Assembly: GCA_963762255.1 (NCBI GenBank)
Contig: CAVXKA010000003.1
Coordinates: forward strand, 96,001-160,000
Length of the DNA: 64,000 nt
DNA from: Candidatus Eiseniibacteriota bacterium
GTDB taxonomy: Bacteria; Eisenbacteria; RBG-16-71-46; JABDJR01
Reading direction: 5' to 3'
Part shown: positions 47,573 to 60,275 of the stretch, piece by piece
How the letters are laid out: the number at the start of each line of letters is the position of its first letter
Position numbering within the stretch: position 1 is the first letter of the stretch
Program-made: the position numbers and the translations under genes
Notes under the pieces: generated by a model
The model's database searches: none
What the model was told of the DNA's origin: nothing
What the model saw: the letters and a program-made list of their open reading frames with translations, nothing else

Positions 47573-50140
47573 TCACCGCGGCAACACCACGATCTTGCGC
47601 GACGCATGTCCGGCCTCGGTATCCAGCCGCAGGAAGTACACACCCGCCGGCACCCGTCTCCCGCGCTCGTCCATCAGATCCCAGGTCATCGTGTGGGCCC
47701 CGCCGACCTGCGGTTCCGCATACAGGAGCGCAATGTGACGCCCCTGCACGTCGGCTACGCGCAGCACCGCAAGACCCGGCTCCGGAGCGAACCAGTCTAT
47801 GGCCACCGGTCCGGCCGCGGGCATGGGAGCGACGCCGAGCGAAGGGCCCCCGGCCTTCGCGGCAGGGTAGGCGTGCCCGTCCCACCGCGCGATGAACGCG
47901 GATGGGTGATTCCCCGCGTAGTCGAAGGTCCCACCCAGGTACAGGGAGCCCTGCCATTCCGCGATAGCCGTGACTCCAACCCAGCGCATCGACACCGTCC
48001 GTACGTCTCCGCCCAATCCCAACCATCGCGTTCCGTCCCACAGAGCGACATGGCGGACCGAGTCTGGAGCGTCCGGCCAGAGCAACTCGCCCCCCACCAC
48101 CAGCCTCCCATCGTAGATGCCCAGCTTGTAGACATCGGAACGGTCCGTCAGCCCCAGGGATTGCCAGTTCAGCGCATCCCATGCGACCAGAGCGCCTGCC
48201 GTTTCTCCCCCCGCTGTTTCGAAGTGAGGGCCCGCCGCGTATAGCCTTCCGTTCAGCACGGCGATATCGTTCACCCGGATGCGGCTCCAATTCACGGTCA
48301 AGCCCTGATCGATGGACAACCAGTCCCAACCGTCCCAGATGGCGAGGCTGTTGACCCCTCGATACCCGGCAAAGGTGAAATAGCCGGAGACGATCAGAGC
48401 CGGCCCGACCGCCTTCATGGCAGTGGCCGACGAGTAGCTGCCGAGAAGACCCCGGCCGAGCGGAGTCCATGTCACCCCGTCCCAGGCGGCGATGCCGTAG
48501 GCCGAAATGCCCCCGGCGGACCGGAACGATCCTCCGGCTATGAGTTGCCCCTGGTACTCCACCAGCGCGTACACAGCTCCGTCCATGCCGCCGCCGAACG
48601 GCTCCCAGCTACTTCCGTCCCATGCGGCGATGTGATTCGCCTCAATCCCCCCGATGTGCTGGAAGGAACCACCGACGATCCAGGTGCCGTTGAAGGGCAT
48701 GAGGACTTGTATCGGACCGTCCATGTCGTCCTCGAGAAGGGTCCACACCGTTCCATCCCAGCGCGCCAGCCCGGTGATCCGGGTCCATTGCCCGGCGGGT
48801 CGGAAGGTGCCGGCGACAAGCAGGCCCGAGTCCGTGGGGAATATCCCGCTGGGCGAGTACACCAGTTCCGGCCCGCGCTCTCCCAGCGGGGCCCAGTCCG
48901 TTCCGCTCCACTTCAGCACTCGACCGGGCTGGGATTCGACCGGACTCAACGTGGGTCCCGGCAACGAGAAGCTGCCGCCGATCACCAACTCGCCGCGGTA
49001 GAGGGCAACCGCTTCGATCTTCCGGTTGAAGGCGGTGCAGGTCTGCTCGTTGCCGGGGCAGTTCCACCGCGCACCGTCCCATATAGCAGCACCCGGGGCG
49101 AAGGTCTCCATCTCCGGCACGAACGAAGCGCCAGCCACAGCGAGCCTCCCATCGAAGGGGACGAGATGACCCACCCAGTAGTCGGGAACCAGGCGCTCGT
49201 CCGCAGACCCCAACGCGCTCCAGGTCTCCCCGCTCCACGTAGCAACGTTCCTGACCGCGGCACCCCCCGCCTGCGCGAAGTTACCCGCGGCCACCAAGTG
49301 CCCCTGGTATGCCGCGAGATCGCGCACCTCGCCGTCGGTGCCGCCGGCCGGCGCCGACCAGTGCTCGTCGTCCCAACGCGCGATGTTGCCGAGCGTATCG
49401 TCGGGCGCTAGACGAAACCGCCCACCCATCCAGAGGTCCCCGTCGCGCCATTCAAGAGCGCGAATGGACGGAGAGAACTCGTAGAGCGTGTCGGGGGTGA
49501 GATCGCTCCAGCCGGTCCCGTCCCAGAGCAGCACGAACGGCGTATCCGGATCCGCCCCGTAGAACGGGAAGGGGTCGAATCGCTGGCCGCAGACGAAAAG
49601 GCTGTCCCCCACCGAGACGATGTCGTTCACCGTGGCGTTCCCCGACAGCAGATCGGCGCCCAACGGTTCCCACTCCGCGCCGGTCCATTGGTGGAGTGCG
49701 CTGGGCAGCCTCGGGTCCAGCAGGCGCGGGTTGGATTCGGGCCTTCCGCGCGCGGCGAGCAGGCGACCCTGATGCGCTGACATCAGTGTCGGAAACCCGG
49801 AGACAGGCAATCCCTGCGGCCAGGCCTCGTACCCCGCTCCGTCCCAGACGGCCAGCCCGGGTGCGGCCACGCCGTTGATGAAACCGAACGCCCCCGCCAC
49901 AAGAAGCTTCCCGTCGAATTCGAGCAGGGAAGAGATCGTCGGGCCGGATCCGCTGCCGGAGGTGGGCAACGCGGCAGGAGGGTAGAACCCGTCCCACCAG
50001 AGTTCACCGCCGCCGAGCGTGGTGTCGGGCGACCCGGGGAGCGCAGCCGCGTTGGACGGCAGCAAGAGCGCAGCGAGAAGCGCCGCGACGCCGGCCGCAA
50101 TGCTCACCCGGGTGAGCATTCGCCGCGCCTCGGTCCGCAT
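47573..50140 (-). CDS. Secreted WDG-repeat beta-propeller protein with C-terminal FlgD Ig-like domain
   Basis: Signal peptide; many repeats like V.AL....G.L..GG.F..AGG...IA.WDG..W..LG; C-terminal DVQGR..WDLMDERGRRVPAGVYFLRL..SRKIVV. Alternative ATG at 50119. Confidence 0.8.
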   Translation of the reverse strand: MRTEARRMLTRVSIAAGVAALLAALLLPSNAAALPGSPDTTLGGGELWWDGFYPPAALPTSGSGSGPTISSLLEFDGKLLVAGAFGFINGVAAPGLAVWDGAGYEAWPQGLPVSGFPTLMSAHQGRLLAARGRPESNPRLLDPRLPSALHQWTGAEWEPLGADLLSGNATVNDIVSVGDSLFVCGQRFDPFPFYGADPDTPFVLLWDGTGWSDLTPDTLYEFSPSIRALEWRDGDLWMGGRFRLAPDDTLGNIARWDDEHWSAPAGGTDGEVRDLAAYQGHLVAAGNFAQAGGAAVRNVATWSGETWSALGSADERLVPDYWVGHLVPFDGRLAVAGASFVPEMETFAPGAAIWDGARWNCPGNEQTCTAFNRKIEAVALYRGELVIGGSFSLPGPTLSPVESQPGRVLKWSGTDWAPLGERGPELVYSPSGIFPTDSGLLVAGTFRPAGQWTRITGLARWDGTVWTLLEDDMDGPIQVLMPFNGTWIVGGSFQHIGGIEANHIAAWDGSSWEPFGGGMDGAVYALVEYQGQLIAGGSFRSAGGISAYGIAAWDGVTWTPLGRGLLGSYSSATAMKAVGPALIVSGYFTFAGYRGVNSLAIWDGWDWLSIDQGLTVNWSRIRVNDIAVLNGRLYAAGPHFETAGGETAGALVAWDALNWQSLGLTDRSDVYKLGIYDGRLVVGGELLWPDAPDSVRHVALWDGTRWLGLGGDVRTVSMRWVGVTAIAEWQGSLYLGGTFDYAGNHPSAFIARWDGHAYPAAKAGGPSLGVAPMPAAGPVAIDWFAPEPGLAVLRVADVQGRHIALLYAEPQVGGAHTMTWDLMDERGRRVPAGVYFLRLDTEAGHASRKIVVLPR
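50099..50120. repeat. Palindrome copy 2 (perfect, 22 bp)
   Basis: AATGCTCACCCGGGTGAGCATT; encodes MLTRVSI at the N-terminus of the 47573 gene. Confidence 0.95.
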
Positions 50141-50144
50141 GCTC

Positions 50145-51812
50145 CTACCCCTCCACCATCGGCATCCGTATCCCCTTCGCCTTCGCGACCGCGATCGCCT
50201 CGTCGTACCCCGCGTCGGCGTGGCGCACCACACCGGTGCCGGGATCGTTGGTGAGCACACGCTCGAGCCGTTGCGCGGCGTCCTCGGTGCCGTCCGCCAC
50301 GATGACCATCCCCGCATGCAGCGACAATCCGATCCCCACACCGCCGCCGTGATGGAAGGAAACCCAGGTCGCACCGGACGCGGTATTGAGCAACGCGTTC
50401 AGGATCGGCCAGTCCGCGACCGCGTCCGAACCGTCCTTCATCGCTTCCGTCTCGCGATAGGGACTCGCCACCGAACCGGTATCCAGATGATCGCGCCCGA
50501 TCGCGATCGGCGCTTTCACGCGCCCGCTCTTGACGAGATCGTTGAAGAGGAGCCCCGCCTTGGCGCGGTCGCCGTAGCCGAGCCAGCAGATCCGCGCGGG
50601 CAACCCCTGAAAGTGCACGTGCTTCGTCGCGAGCGGCAACCATCGCGCGAGCACCTTGTCCTTCGGAAACGCGGCCAGGAGCGCCTCGTCGGTGGCGCGG
50701 ATGTCCTCGGGATCGCCCGACAACGCCACCCAGCGGAACGGGCCTTTGCCCTCGCAGAAGAGCGGCCGGATGAACGCCGGCACGAAGCCAGGATAGTCGA
50801 ACGCGTTCGCCACACCCGCCTTCTCGGCCTGCCCGCGCAGGTTGTTGCCGTAGTCGAAGACGGTGGCGCCGCGCTTCTGGAACTCGAGCATCGCCCGGCA
50901 GTGCACCGCCATCGACTCCATCGAGCGCTTGACGTAGGTCTTGGGATCGCTCGCGCGCAGCCGCAGCGCCTGCTCGTACGACATGCCGTGCGGCACGTAG
51001 CCGTTCAATTCATCGTGCGCCGAGGTCTGGTCGGTCACGTAGTCGGCCGCGAACCCGCGCAGGACGAGTTCCGGCAGGATGATCGCCGCGTTCCCGTGTA
51101 CCGCCACCGAGTAGGGCCGCTTCTCCTTGCGCGCGGCTTCGACGCGCGCGATCGCCTCGTTGAGCGTCTCCACCGCCTCCATGCAGTAGCCGGTGGCGAT
51201 GCGCCGATCGATGCGATCGCGATCCACCTCCACCGCAAGACATACGCCGCCGTTCATGGTGACGGAGAGCGGCTGCGCGCCGCCCATGCCCCCGAGACCC
51301 GCCGTCACCAGCACCTGCCCCGCCATGTCGCCACCCGCGCGCTGCCGCGCCGCCTCGGCGAAGGTCTCGAAGGTCCCCTGCACGATTCCCTGCGTGCCGA
51401 TATAGATCCACGACCCCGCGGTCATCTGCCCGTACATCATGAGGCCCTTCGCCTCGAGGTCGCGGAAGTGCTCCCACGTCGCCCACTTCCCCACCAGGTT
51501 CGAGTTGGCGATGAGCACGCGCGGCGCGCCGGCGTGCGTGCGGAAGACGGCGACCGGCTTGCCGCTCTGCACGAGCAGGGTCTCGTCGGCGGCCAGCGTC
51601 TTGAGGGTACGGACGATCGCGTCGAAGGCCGCCCAGCTTCGCGCGGCGCGACCGGTACCGCCGTAGACAACCAGATCGTCAGGACGCTCGGCCACGTCCG
51701 GATCGAGGTTGTTCATGAGCATGCGCATGGCCGCTTCCTGCGGCCAGCCCTTGCAGGTGATGGCGGCGCCGCGCGGGGCGCGGACGGTGCGAGCGGTGGC
51801 GGTCGAGGTCAT
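50145..51812 (-). CDS. hutU: Urocanate hydratase
   Basis: [63 protein letters not shown]. Confidence 0.97.
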   Translation of the reverse strand: MTSTATARTVRAPRGAAITCKGWPQEAAMRMLMNNLDPDVAERPDDLVVYGGTGRAARSWAAFDAIVRTLKTLAADETLLVQSGKPVAVFRTHAGAPRVLIANSNLVGKWATWEHFRDLEAKGLMMYGQMTAGSWIYIGTQGIVQGTFETFAEAARQRAGGDMAGQVLVTAGLGGMGGAQPLSVTMNGGVCLAVEVDRDRIDRRIATGYCMEAVETLNEAIARVEAARKEKRPYSVAVHGNAAIILPELVLRGFAADYVTDQTSAHDELNGYVPHGMSYEQALRLRASDPKTYVKRSMESMAVHCRAMLEFQKRGATVFDYGNNLRGQAEKAGVANAFDYPGFVPAFIRPLFCEGKGPFRWVALSGDPEDIRATDEALLAAFPKDKVLARWLPLATKHVHFQGLPARICWLGYGDRAKAGLLFNDLVKSGRVKAPIAIGRDHLDTGSVASPYRETEAMKDGSDAVADWPILNALLNTASGATWVSFHHGGGVGIGLSLHAGMVIVADGTEDAAQRLERVLTNDPGTGVVRHADAGYDEAIAVAKAKGIRMPMVEG

Positions 51813-53941
51813 GTCGGGTCTCCTTGTCGCGAAAGCTTGCGGGCGCGCCGGGGCTTGGCGGGCGCTGTCGCCGGCACCGCGGCCGGCGCCCGCAACTCCT
51901 CCGGCGCATGCGCCCCGCTATTCCACCACGAAGCGGCCGCCCGCGCCAGCGCCGCGCCGTCCTCCACCGAGGTCACCGGCAGCGGAAGCGCGTCGCGGAA
52001 GCGGCCGCCGTAGTTCTTGCTCAAGAGCCTCGTGTCGAGCACGGCGACGATGCCGCGGTCGGCGCGACGACGGATCAACCGCCCGAAGCCCTGCTTGAAG
52101 CGCAGCACCGCTTCGGGAAGGTAGAGGTCCGTGAACGGGTTGCCCCCTTCTGCCTCCAGCCGCTCCGCGCGCGCCTGATAGCGCGGTTCGGTGGGCACGC
52201 CGAACGGAAGGCGGGTCAGCACCAGCACCTCGAGATCGTCGCCGGGAAGGTCCACCCCTTCCCAGAAGCTTGCGGTGCCGAGCAAGAGCGCGCGCTCGGC
52301 GCGGCGGAACGCCGTGAGCACGTCGCTCGCGGTGCCGTGCTCGCCCTGCGCGAAGACCTCGTAGGCGGATCCGCCCACCAGCGCGCGCACCGCGTCGAGA
52401 TCGCGATACGACGTGAAGAGCGCCATCGTCTTGCGCGCCGGATCGTGCATGAGAGCGTCCAGCGTCTGTGCGGTGGCCTCGGCCCACCCCGGCTCGCGCG
52501 GATCGGGGCCTCGCCGCACTGCCAACGCCAGCGCCTGAGTCGTGAAATCGAAGGGCGAAGGATACGCGATGGCGGGAAGGGCGCCCTCGAAGCCGACCTC
52601 GCGCGAGAAGTAGTTGAAGTCCTTCCCGGCGGCGAGCGTGGCCGAAGTGAAGACGAGCCGCTCCGGCCCGTTCGCGAGCGCCGCCGCCACGCGCGGTCCT
52701 GCCTCGAGCGGCGACGCGTTCAGCGAGAACCCGTCCTCCGACCACTCCTTCCAGTGGACGCGCTCGCGATCCTGCGGATCGGGATGGAGGAGCACGTCCA
52801 TGTCCTTGCGCAGCGCGTCCACCTCCCCCTGGAAGCGGTCGATCTCGGCGAGGAACGCTCCCTCGCTTTCGCTCTCCACACCGTTGCCGTCCAGGTACGA
52901 AGCGAGCGCGCCGGCGTCCGCGGAAAGCGTGCCCAACGCGTGGAACACCGGCTCCGCATCGAGCGGGCAGAGCGCGGCCAACTCCTCGGGATCGCTATAG
53001 CGGCGGCGGTCGTCCCCGTTGCCGCGCGCGCCGTTCTTCTTGCCGAACCACTCGCGGGCGATGCGCTCGGCGGTCGAGAGCGAGCGGTGCACCGCCACGA
53101 GCCGCGACGCCCCCTCGCCGGAGCGCGCAACCTCGGGAAGGCCCCCACCGCCGCCGGGCGACGCGTCCACCAGCGACTGCAACCGCGACGGCCCCGCCGC
53201 GACCGTCAGGTGATCGATCGCCACCCGCACGAACGCGTGCGCCTCGTCCACGATCAACGCGGGGAACTCCGGGAGCACGTCTCCTTCGCCGAAGAGGTGC
53301 GTCGCGAGAAGCGCGTGGTTCACCACGAGGAGATCCGCAGTACCCGCGCGCGCGCGAGCCTGCTTGAAGAAGCAACCCGACTGCGGCGAGCACGCGGAGC
53401 CGCGACAGAAGCGCGGTTCGCTGGCCGCGTGGAGGGCCAGGAACTTGAGATCCCGCGCGCCGCGCTCGCCGCAGGTGCCGAAGTCGCCGGTCTCGGTGCG
53501 CTCCACCCAGGGGCGGATGCGCTCCAGGAGGCGCTGCGTGCCCTCGGTGGTCGCGTCGCGGACGGCCGCTTCGTAGCGGCGTCGGCAGAGATAGTTCGCG
53601 CGCCCCTTCAGGAGAAAGACGCGCAGGTCCGGACCGACCGCGAGCCTGAGCCGCGGCGCCTCCAGGTCGAGGAGTTGGTTCTGCAGCGCCTTGGTGTGGG
53701 TGGAGACCACGACCGGGCCGTGTCCTTCCGCCGCCCAGAGTGCCGCGGGGAGTCCATAGGCGAGCGACTTACCGATGCCGGTGGGCGCCTCCACCGCAAG
53801 TCGTCCGCCGTCCTCGAAGAGGCGCGCGATCTCAAGCGCGAGCTCCCGCTGGAACGGGCGGTCCTCATACGGGGCAAGCGCCGCGGCGAGGACGCCGTCG
53901 GGACCGAGGAGATCCGGCACCTGCTCCGCGTTGTAGCTCAT
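51809..53941 (-). CDS. dinG: DinG/YoaA-family Fe-S ATP-dependent helicase
   Basis: [21 protein letters not shown], Cys cluster [44 protein letters not shown]. Confidence 0.9.
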   Translation of the reverse strand: MSYNAEQVPDLLGPDGVLAAALAPYEDRPFQRELALEIARLFEDGGRLAVEAPTGIGKSLAYGLPAALWAAEGHGPVVVSTHTKALQNQLLDLEAPRLRLAVGPDLRVFLLKGRANYLCRRRYEAAVRDATTEGTQRLLERIRPWVERTETGDFGTCGERGARDLKFLALHAASEPRFCRGSACSPQSGCFFKQARARAGTADLLVVNHALLATHLFGEGDVLPEFPALIVDEAHAFVRVAIDHLTVAAGPSRLQSLVDASPGGGGGLPEVARSGEGASRLVAVHRSLSTAERIAREWFGKKNGARGNGDDRRRYSDPEELAALCPLDAEPVFHALGTLSADAGALASYLDGNGVESESEGAFLAEIDRFQGEVDALRKDMDVLLHPDPQDRERVHWKEWSEDGFSLNASPLEAGPRVAAALANGPERLVFTSATLAAGKDFNYFSREVGFEGALPAIAYPSPFDFTTQALALAVRRGPDPREPGWAEATAQTLDALMHDPARKTMALFTSYRDLDAVRALVGGSAYEVFAQGEHGTASDVLTAFRRAERALLLGTASFWEGVDLPGDDLEVLVLTRLPFGVPTEPRYQARAERLEAEGGNPFTDLYLPEAVLRFKQGFGRLIRRRADRGIVAVLDTRLLSKNYGGRFRDALPLPVTSVEDGAALARAAASWWNSGAHAPEELRAPAAVPATAPAKPRRARKLSRQGDPT

Positions 53942-53974
53942 CGTTCCGCCCGTCCCGCGCACAACCGCGTCATC

Positions 53975-56134
<2,160 letters not shown>

Positions 56135-56141
56135 TCAATCC

Positions 56142-57191
56142 ATGAGCCGTCATCACCTCGCCCCGTCCGCTCCCCGGTCCCTTGCGGCGGCCGTGCTCCT
56201 GATCGCCCTCATGGTCGCCGGTTCGGCCTCGGCGGCGGTGGCGGCCTCCCTGAGCGGCGGCTACCGCCCCGACTCCACCTGCACCGGCGATCGCGCGCTC
56301 CATCCCAGCGAGCCCTCGGCCAAGCAGGCGATCGCCTCCTCCGACGTCATCTTTGTGGGCAATCCGTTCGCCGTGCACGATCCGGTGCCGCTCTCGGTTC
56401 AGCTCCCCGAAGACGAGATGGTGATCGACATCGGTTTCCAGGTGCTGCGCGCCTGGAAGGGCGGGGTAGCGGACACGGTCTGGGTACGCACGATGCGTAA
56501 CCCGCAATCGGGCGGATGGGCCATCGGAACCGAGTTCACCTACCTCGTGTACGCGCGCCGTTACGGGGACGTGATCTGGACCGACGCGTGCAGCCGATCG
56601 CGGCTCGCGCGTAATTCCGAGACCGACCTCTACTACCTCGGCAAGCCGACCTTCGACGACGGCTCGGGCGGAGTGCCGGAAGTCACGATCGAGACGCTCC
56701 TCCAGACGGTGCGGGACAACACAGGAACCCGACGCCTCCTGGCCATGCAAGCCGTGTCGCACATCACGGAGGAAGCCGCGCGTGTCCTTCCCGTGCTGAC
56801 GGAGGTCTACCGCACCGGGCGCGGCTCCGAGCGCTCGGAGGCGCTCAACGCGATCGGCAACATGGGCGCGCAGGGTCGCGGCGGGGTGCCGCTCTTGCTG
56901 GAAGCCTCGGCGGATACCACCGCGTACATCCGTCAGGCTGCAGCCGGCGCGCTGGGGCAGATCGGCGATGACTCCCCCGAGGTCGTGGACGCGCTGGTGC
57001 GGCTGACCGCGGATCCCGAGACCGTAGTGCGGGGAATGGCGGCGCGCGCGCTGGGGCGGATCGGCGTCGGCGGCGAGAAGGTGATCGCCGCGCTCAAGCC
57101 GCTCCTCGATGACCGCGCCCGTTTCTGCCGCGAGTCGGCACAGGCCGCACTTGACTCGATCGCCGAGAAGGCGCAGAAGCAGTCGCGCTAG
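56142..57191 (+). CDS. Secreted protein: TIMP-like N-domain plus HEAT repeats
   Basis: Signal peptide; SDVIFVG..FQVLRAWKG..VRT..YLVYA..TDACSRS; HEAT repeats D..AYIRQAAAGALGQIG and DPETVVRGMAARALGRIG; GGAGG RBS. Confidence 0.65.
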   Translation: MSRHHLAPSAPRSLAAAVLLIALMVAGSASAAVAASLSGGYRPDSTCTGDRALHPSEPSAKQAIASSDVIFVGNPFAVHDPVPLSVQLPEDEMVIDIGFQVLRAWKGGVADTVWVRTMRNPQSGGWAIGTEFTYLVYARRYGDVIWTDACSRSRLARNSETDLYYLGKPTFDDGSGGVPEVTIETLLQTVRDNTGTRRLLAMQAVSHITEEAARVLPVLTEVYRTGRGSERSEALNAIGNMGAQGRGGVPLLLEASADTTAYIRQAAAGALGQIGDDSPEVVDALVRLTADPETVVRGMAARALGRIGVGGEKVIAALKPLLDDRARFCRESAQAALDSIAEKAQKQSR

Positions 57192-57289
57192 TCGCGCGGC
57201 GGGTTGCGCCGCTTCGCGTCTCGCCCGTCGCCCTCGCCGACGGGTCCCCCGCTTCGCGGCCCGTCGGACTGCGGTCGACGGGCGTGCCT

Positions 57290-58588
57290 CTACGCGGCGC
57301 GATGATCACCCGGGTGGGCATCAATCCCGGAACCGCGCCGCAGCGGCCATCCCTCGCTGCCGCCGGCCCGCGCGTGAATCATCCCGTGGCACGAGCTGCA
57401 CAGCGTGATCAGGTTGTCAGGATGATTGGCGCCACCGTTCGTGCGCGGCACGACGTGATGCACGTCCAGGAAACGCGCGCTGCCGCATCCCGCGGTGCGA
57501 CAGCGGTGACCGTCTCGCGCCAGAACCTCACGCCTCACGGACGGCGGGATCGTTGCGTGGTTCTTCTCCCCCTTCCGATCCACGCGCGCGTCGCAGAGCG
57601 CGGTTTCGAGCGTCTTCGGCGAGACGGGCAATGGGCCGCGCCCGGTGGCGATCTCCGCGCGGCCACACGTCTCACACTGGCGGATCACGATCTGATAGCG
57701 CGGCTCCGATCGGGCTTCACGTCCACGGGTTTCGCGGACAGTTGCGGGTTGGTCTTCACCGCCAGATCCGGTTTCGACAGCGGACTTGCTCATCCGGGTG
57801 AGCATTTCCCATGCAGCGAGGAACAACTCTTCTCGCGCTCCGTGCGCCCCGGTCTTGCGTGCCTTCTCGAGGATCGCTTCGTACCGCGCGTACTGCTCGG
57901 GTGAAAGCGTGAACGACACCGTGACCGGGACTTCGACCGCCGGGTTCACGACCGCGCCCACAGCTCCGTCCGCCGCGTCATAGGTCCCGGCCGCCAACCC
58001 ATTCGCCGGGCCATCCACGCCATTGGCCACCAGCAGCTCCCCCTGCCCCGGCGCGCGCCGCCGGACCCTCGCCGCGCCCTGCGTCACCGCTATCCGCCGC
58101 TCCAACTCCCGCCGGCCCGTGCTCTGCGCCTGTTCGACCCAGAACCGTTCCGTCTCCGGCGTGGCCACCTTCACGACCTCCCGGGCCTTCGTCCACGGGA
58201 CCGCTCCCGACGCGACCGACTCCTTCAACGCCGGCAGCGCATCGAATGCCCGGCACAGTCGCAGGAAGTACGCGGTGCGCGCCCGCGAGAACCCGAGCCG
58301 CTCATGGGCATAGTGATAGATGCTCGAGCAGCCCAGCTCCAGGTAGAGCTTCCGGCTCAGGATCTCCCCGAACCAGATCACCGCGTTCTTGCGCGCGGCG
58401 TCCAGATCGCTCAGCGCGGCAACCAGACGCGCTTCGACCTCGGCTGCGGGGAGCGGTCGGCCAGACGCAGATTCCGCGGAGTCGGCGAGGGGCGAAAGGT
58501 TCTGGACCCCGGTGCTCACCTCAGCGAGCAGGGTCTCAACAGCCGGAGCAGCGGCGTCAGCATGCAGTGCGACAGTGTCAGCGGACAT
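57290..58588 (-). CDS. HNH endonuclease with DUF222-like helical N-terminal domain
   Basis: LGCSSIYHYAHERLGFS...LPALKESVASGAVPWTKAR; CETC; C-terminal IPPSVRREVLARDGHRCRTAGC..DVHHVVP..GG..DNLITLCSSCH; GGAGG RBS. Confidence 0.9.
   Translation of the reverse strand: MSADTVALHADAAAPAVETLLAEVSTGVQNLSPLADSAESASGRPLPAAEVEARLVAALSDLDAARKNAVIWFGEILSRKLYLELGCSSIYHYAHERLGFSRARTAYFLRLCRAFDALPALKESVASGAVPWTKAREVVKVATPETERFWVEQAQSTGRRELERRIAVTQGAARVRRRAPGQGELLVANGVDGPANGLAAGTYDAADGAVGAVVNPAVEVPVTVSFTLSPEQYARYEAILEKARKTGAHGAREELFLAAWEMLTRMSKSAVETGSGGEDQPATVRETRGREARSEPRYQIVIRQCETCGRAEIATGRGPLPVSPKTLETALCDARVDRKGEKNHATIPPSVRREVLARDGHRCRTAGCGSARFLDVHHVVPRTNGGANHPDNLITLCSSCHGMIHARAGGSEGWPLRRGSGIDAHPGDHRAA
57302..57321. 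repeat. Palindrome copy 3 (2 mismatches)
   Basis: ATGATCACCCGGGTGGGCAT in the last codons of the HNH gene (DAHPGDH). Confidence 0.85.
57786..57805. repeat. Palindrome copy 4 (2 mismatches)
   Basis: TTGCTCATCCGGGTGAGCAT inside the HNH gene (MLTRMSK). Confidence 0.85.
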
Positions 58589-58641
58589 GACGGTCCCTCC
58601 GTGGACGGGTGGAAGGACGGGGGAAGTGGGCGGGCAAGGAC

Positions 58642-58670
58642 AATCTATCGCGACGGTAGAGATACGTCAA
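58642..58670 (-). promoter_or_regulatory. Sigma70-type promoter of the HNH gene
   Basis: Minus strand TTGACG-17 bp-TAGATT with an AT-rich UP-like tract (TTTTATTA). Confidence 0.7.
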
Positions 58671-58705
58671 TAATAAAATGACGACATCGACAACAAAATC
58701 TCACT

Positions 58706-58725
58706 ATGCTCACCCGGGTGATCAA
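58706..58725. repeat. Palindrome copy 5 (2 mismatches)
   Basis: ATGCTCACCCGGGTGATCAA, intergenic, upstream of the HNH promoter. Confidence 0.9.
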
Positions 58726-58757
58726 CAGTCGCTGAAGCGCCTGCGCCGATCGCGCAA

Positions 58758-60275
58758 CTAGAACGCCGCGTCGAGTCGCAGATGGATGCGTCCGTCGAGC
58801 GGGCTCTCTCCCTTGGCCACGCCGTACTCGATCCCGAGCAGGCCGAGCTTGCTCGCTTGCCGCACTCCCACGCCGGTCCCCAGAAGGAACGTGCGGAAGC
58901 TATCGCGCAGTTCCTGTCCGTGGCGAGGTGAGATGAGGGCGGCGTCGGCGAAGAGGTAGAGCGCGGACCCTCGGGCATCTGCGAGCCAACGCCATTCCGC
59001 CTGAACGAGCCAGGCCGCCGGCGTCAGGAACTGCTCCTCGCGGTAGCCGCGCAACGAGGACGCCCCGCCCACCGCGAAGAGGTCGTAGCGCGCGAGCGAA
59101 TCCTCCGGAGTGTCGAGGTACTCGAACGATCCGCGCAGGGCGAGAAGCCACTGCCGTCCCGCGCGGCGATACGCCTCGGCGCCCGCCGTCCAGCGCGTGC
59201 GGTCGATGCGCACCTCGAGCGAGTCCCGCGCCGCCGCGAAGCTCTTCTGGCCCCGCCGGCTCTCCAGGAAAACGCGCCCGCCCGCCGTGGGCACCAGCTG
59301 GGAATTCCGCCGGTCCCACTCCACGCCGAGGATATAGAAACCCTCGGTGACGGTGCCGACATCGGAGGCGGTTTCGACGGCCTGAGTTCCTCCCCGACCC
59401 ACCCGGAATCGCCACCCGCCCGACCGATCCAGGTTGGCCGCAACTTCCCATTTCGTATACGAATAGACGCCCTGGTTCACGTCATGGGTGAGGCTGCCCT
59501 GCACGCCGATCGGGATCAGCGGCAACCACGGCTCGTGATAGCTCAAGGCGAACCGGCTCAAGCCGTCGCCACGGTCCTCCCAACGCCCGGTGGCGCGGCG
59601 CGCGGTGCCGGCGATGTTGGCCAGATCGAGATCGACAAGTCCGGTGACCCGCGAGTCGCGGCCGCTCACTCCCAGCACACCGGCGAAGCGCGTGAAGGGC
59701 GGTTCGGTCACCGGCACTTCGAGAAGCACGTCGTCGGGCGTGCCGCCCGGGTTCAGCCTCACCTCTCCGACCGAGAGGAAGAGACCGGAGCGGGCGAGAG
59801 CTTCCGCGAGCGCGCGATCCTGTCGGCCGGTGTAGGGCTCGCCGATCCGCACGCCGGCGACGCGCAGCGCGGTGGCGGGGCGCGTCACCTTGCCGCCGGT
59901 GAGAAGCAGACCTGCCACGCGCGCCTTGGGACCTACATCCAGCGTGACGGTTCCCTCCAGCCGGCCATCGCGCAGGTCGAAGGAACCCGGCGAGGCCTCT
60001 GCGAAGGGGTACCCGATGTCGGAGAGCCACGCGAGCGCGCGGCGGAGCGCGGGGCCGATCGGCGCGTCGCTCACAGGCCGTCCTTCGAGATCGAGCGATC
60101 GCGCCCATGCGATGCTGTCGATGGGAGCGGTCGTGACCAGGCGAAGTCTCCCCCACCGCAGCGGCTCGTCCGCTTTCGCAGCGTCGGCGCCGGCGAACGC
60201 GCCCGCCGGCACGGACGCGAGCAGCATCGCGACGGCTAACCCCCGCCGCACCGCGCACGAAGCGCCCGCGCGCAT
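58758..60275 (-). CDS. Omp85 (BamA/TamA)-family outer membrane protein
   Basis: POTRA-like LSDIGYPFAE; DLANIAGTAR, YHEPWL, VGGASSLRGYREEQF (VRGY-like loop); C-terminal HLRLDAAF. Confidence 0.85.
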   Translation of the reverse strand: MRAGASCAVRRGLAVAMLLASVPAGAFAGADAAKADEPLRWGRLRLVTTAPIDSIAWARSLDLEGRPVSDAPIGPALRRALAWLSDIGYPFAEASPGSFDLRDGRLEGTVTLDVGPKARVAGLLLTGGKVTRPATALRVAGVRIGEPYTGRQDRALAEALARSGLFLSVGEVRLNPGGTPDDVLLEVPVTEPPFTRFAGVLGVSGRDSRVTGLVDLDLANIAGTARRATGRWEDRGDGLSRFALSYHEPWLPLIPIGVQGSLTHDVNQGVYSYTKWEVAANLDRSGGWRFRVGRGGTQAVETASDVGTVTEGFYILGVEWDRRNSQLVPTAGGRVFLESRRGQKSFAAARDSLEVRIDRTRWTAGAEAYRRAGRQWLLALRGSFEYLDTPEDSLARYDLFAVGGASSLRGYREEQFLTPAAWLVQAEWRWLADARGSALYLFADAALISPRHGQELRDSFRTFLLGTGVGVRQASKLGLLGIEYGVAKGESPLDGRIHLRLDAAF

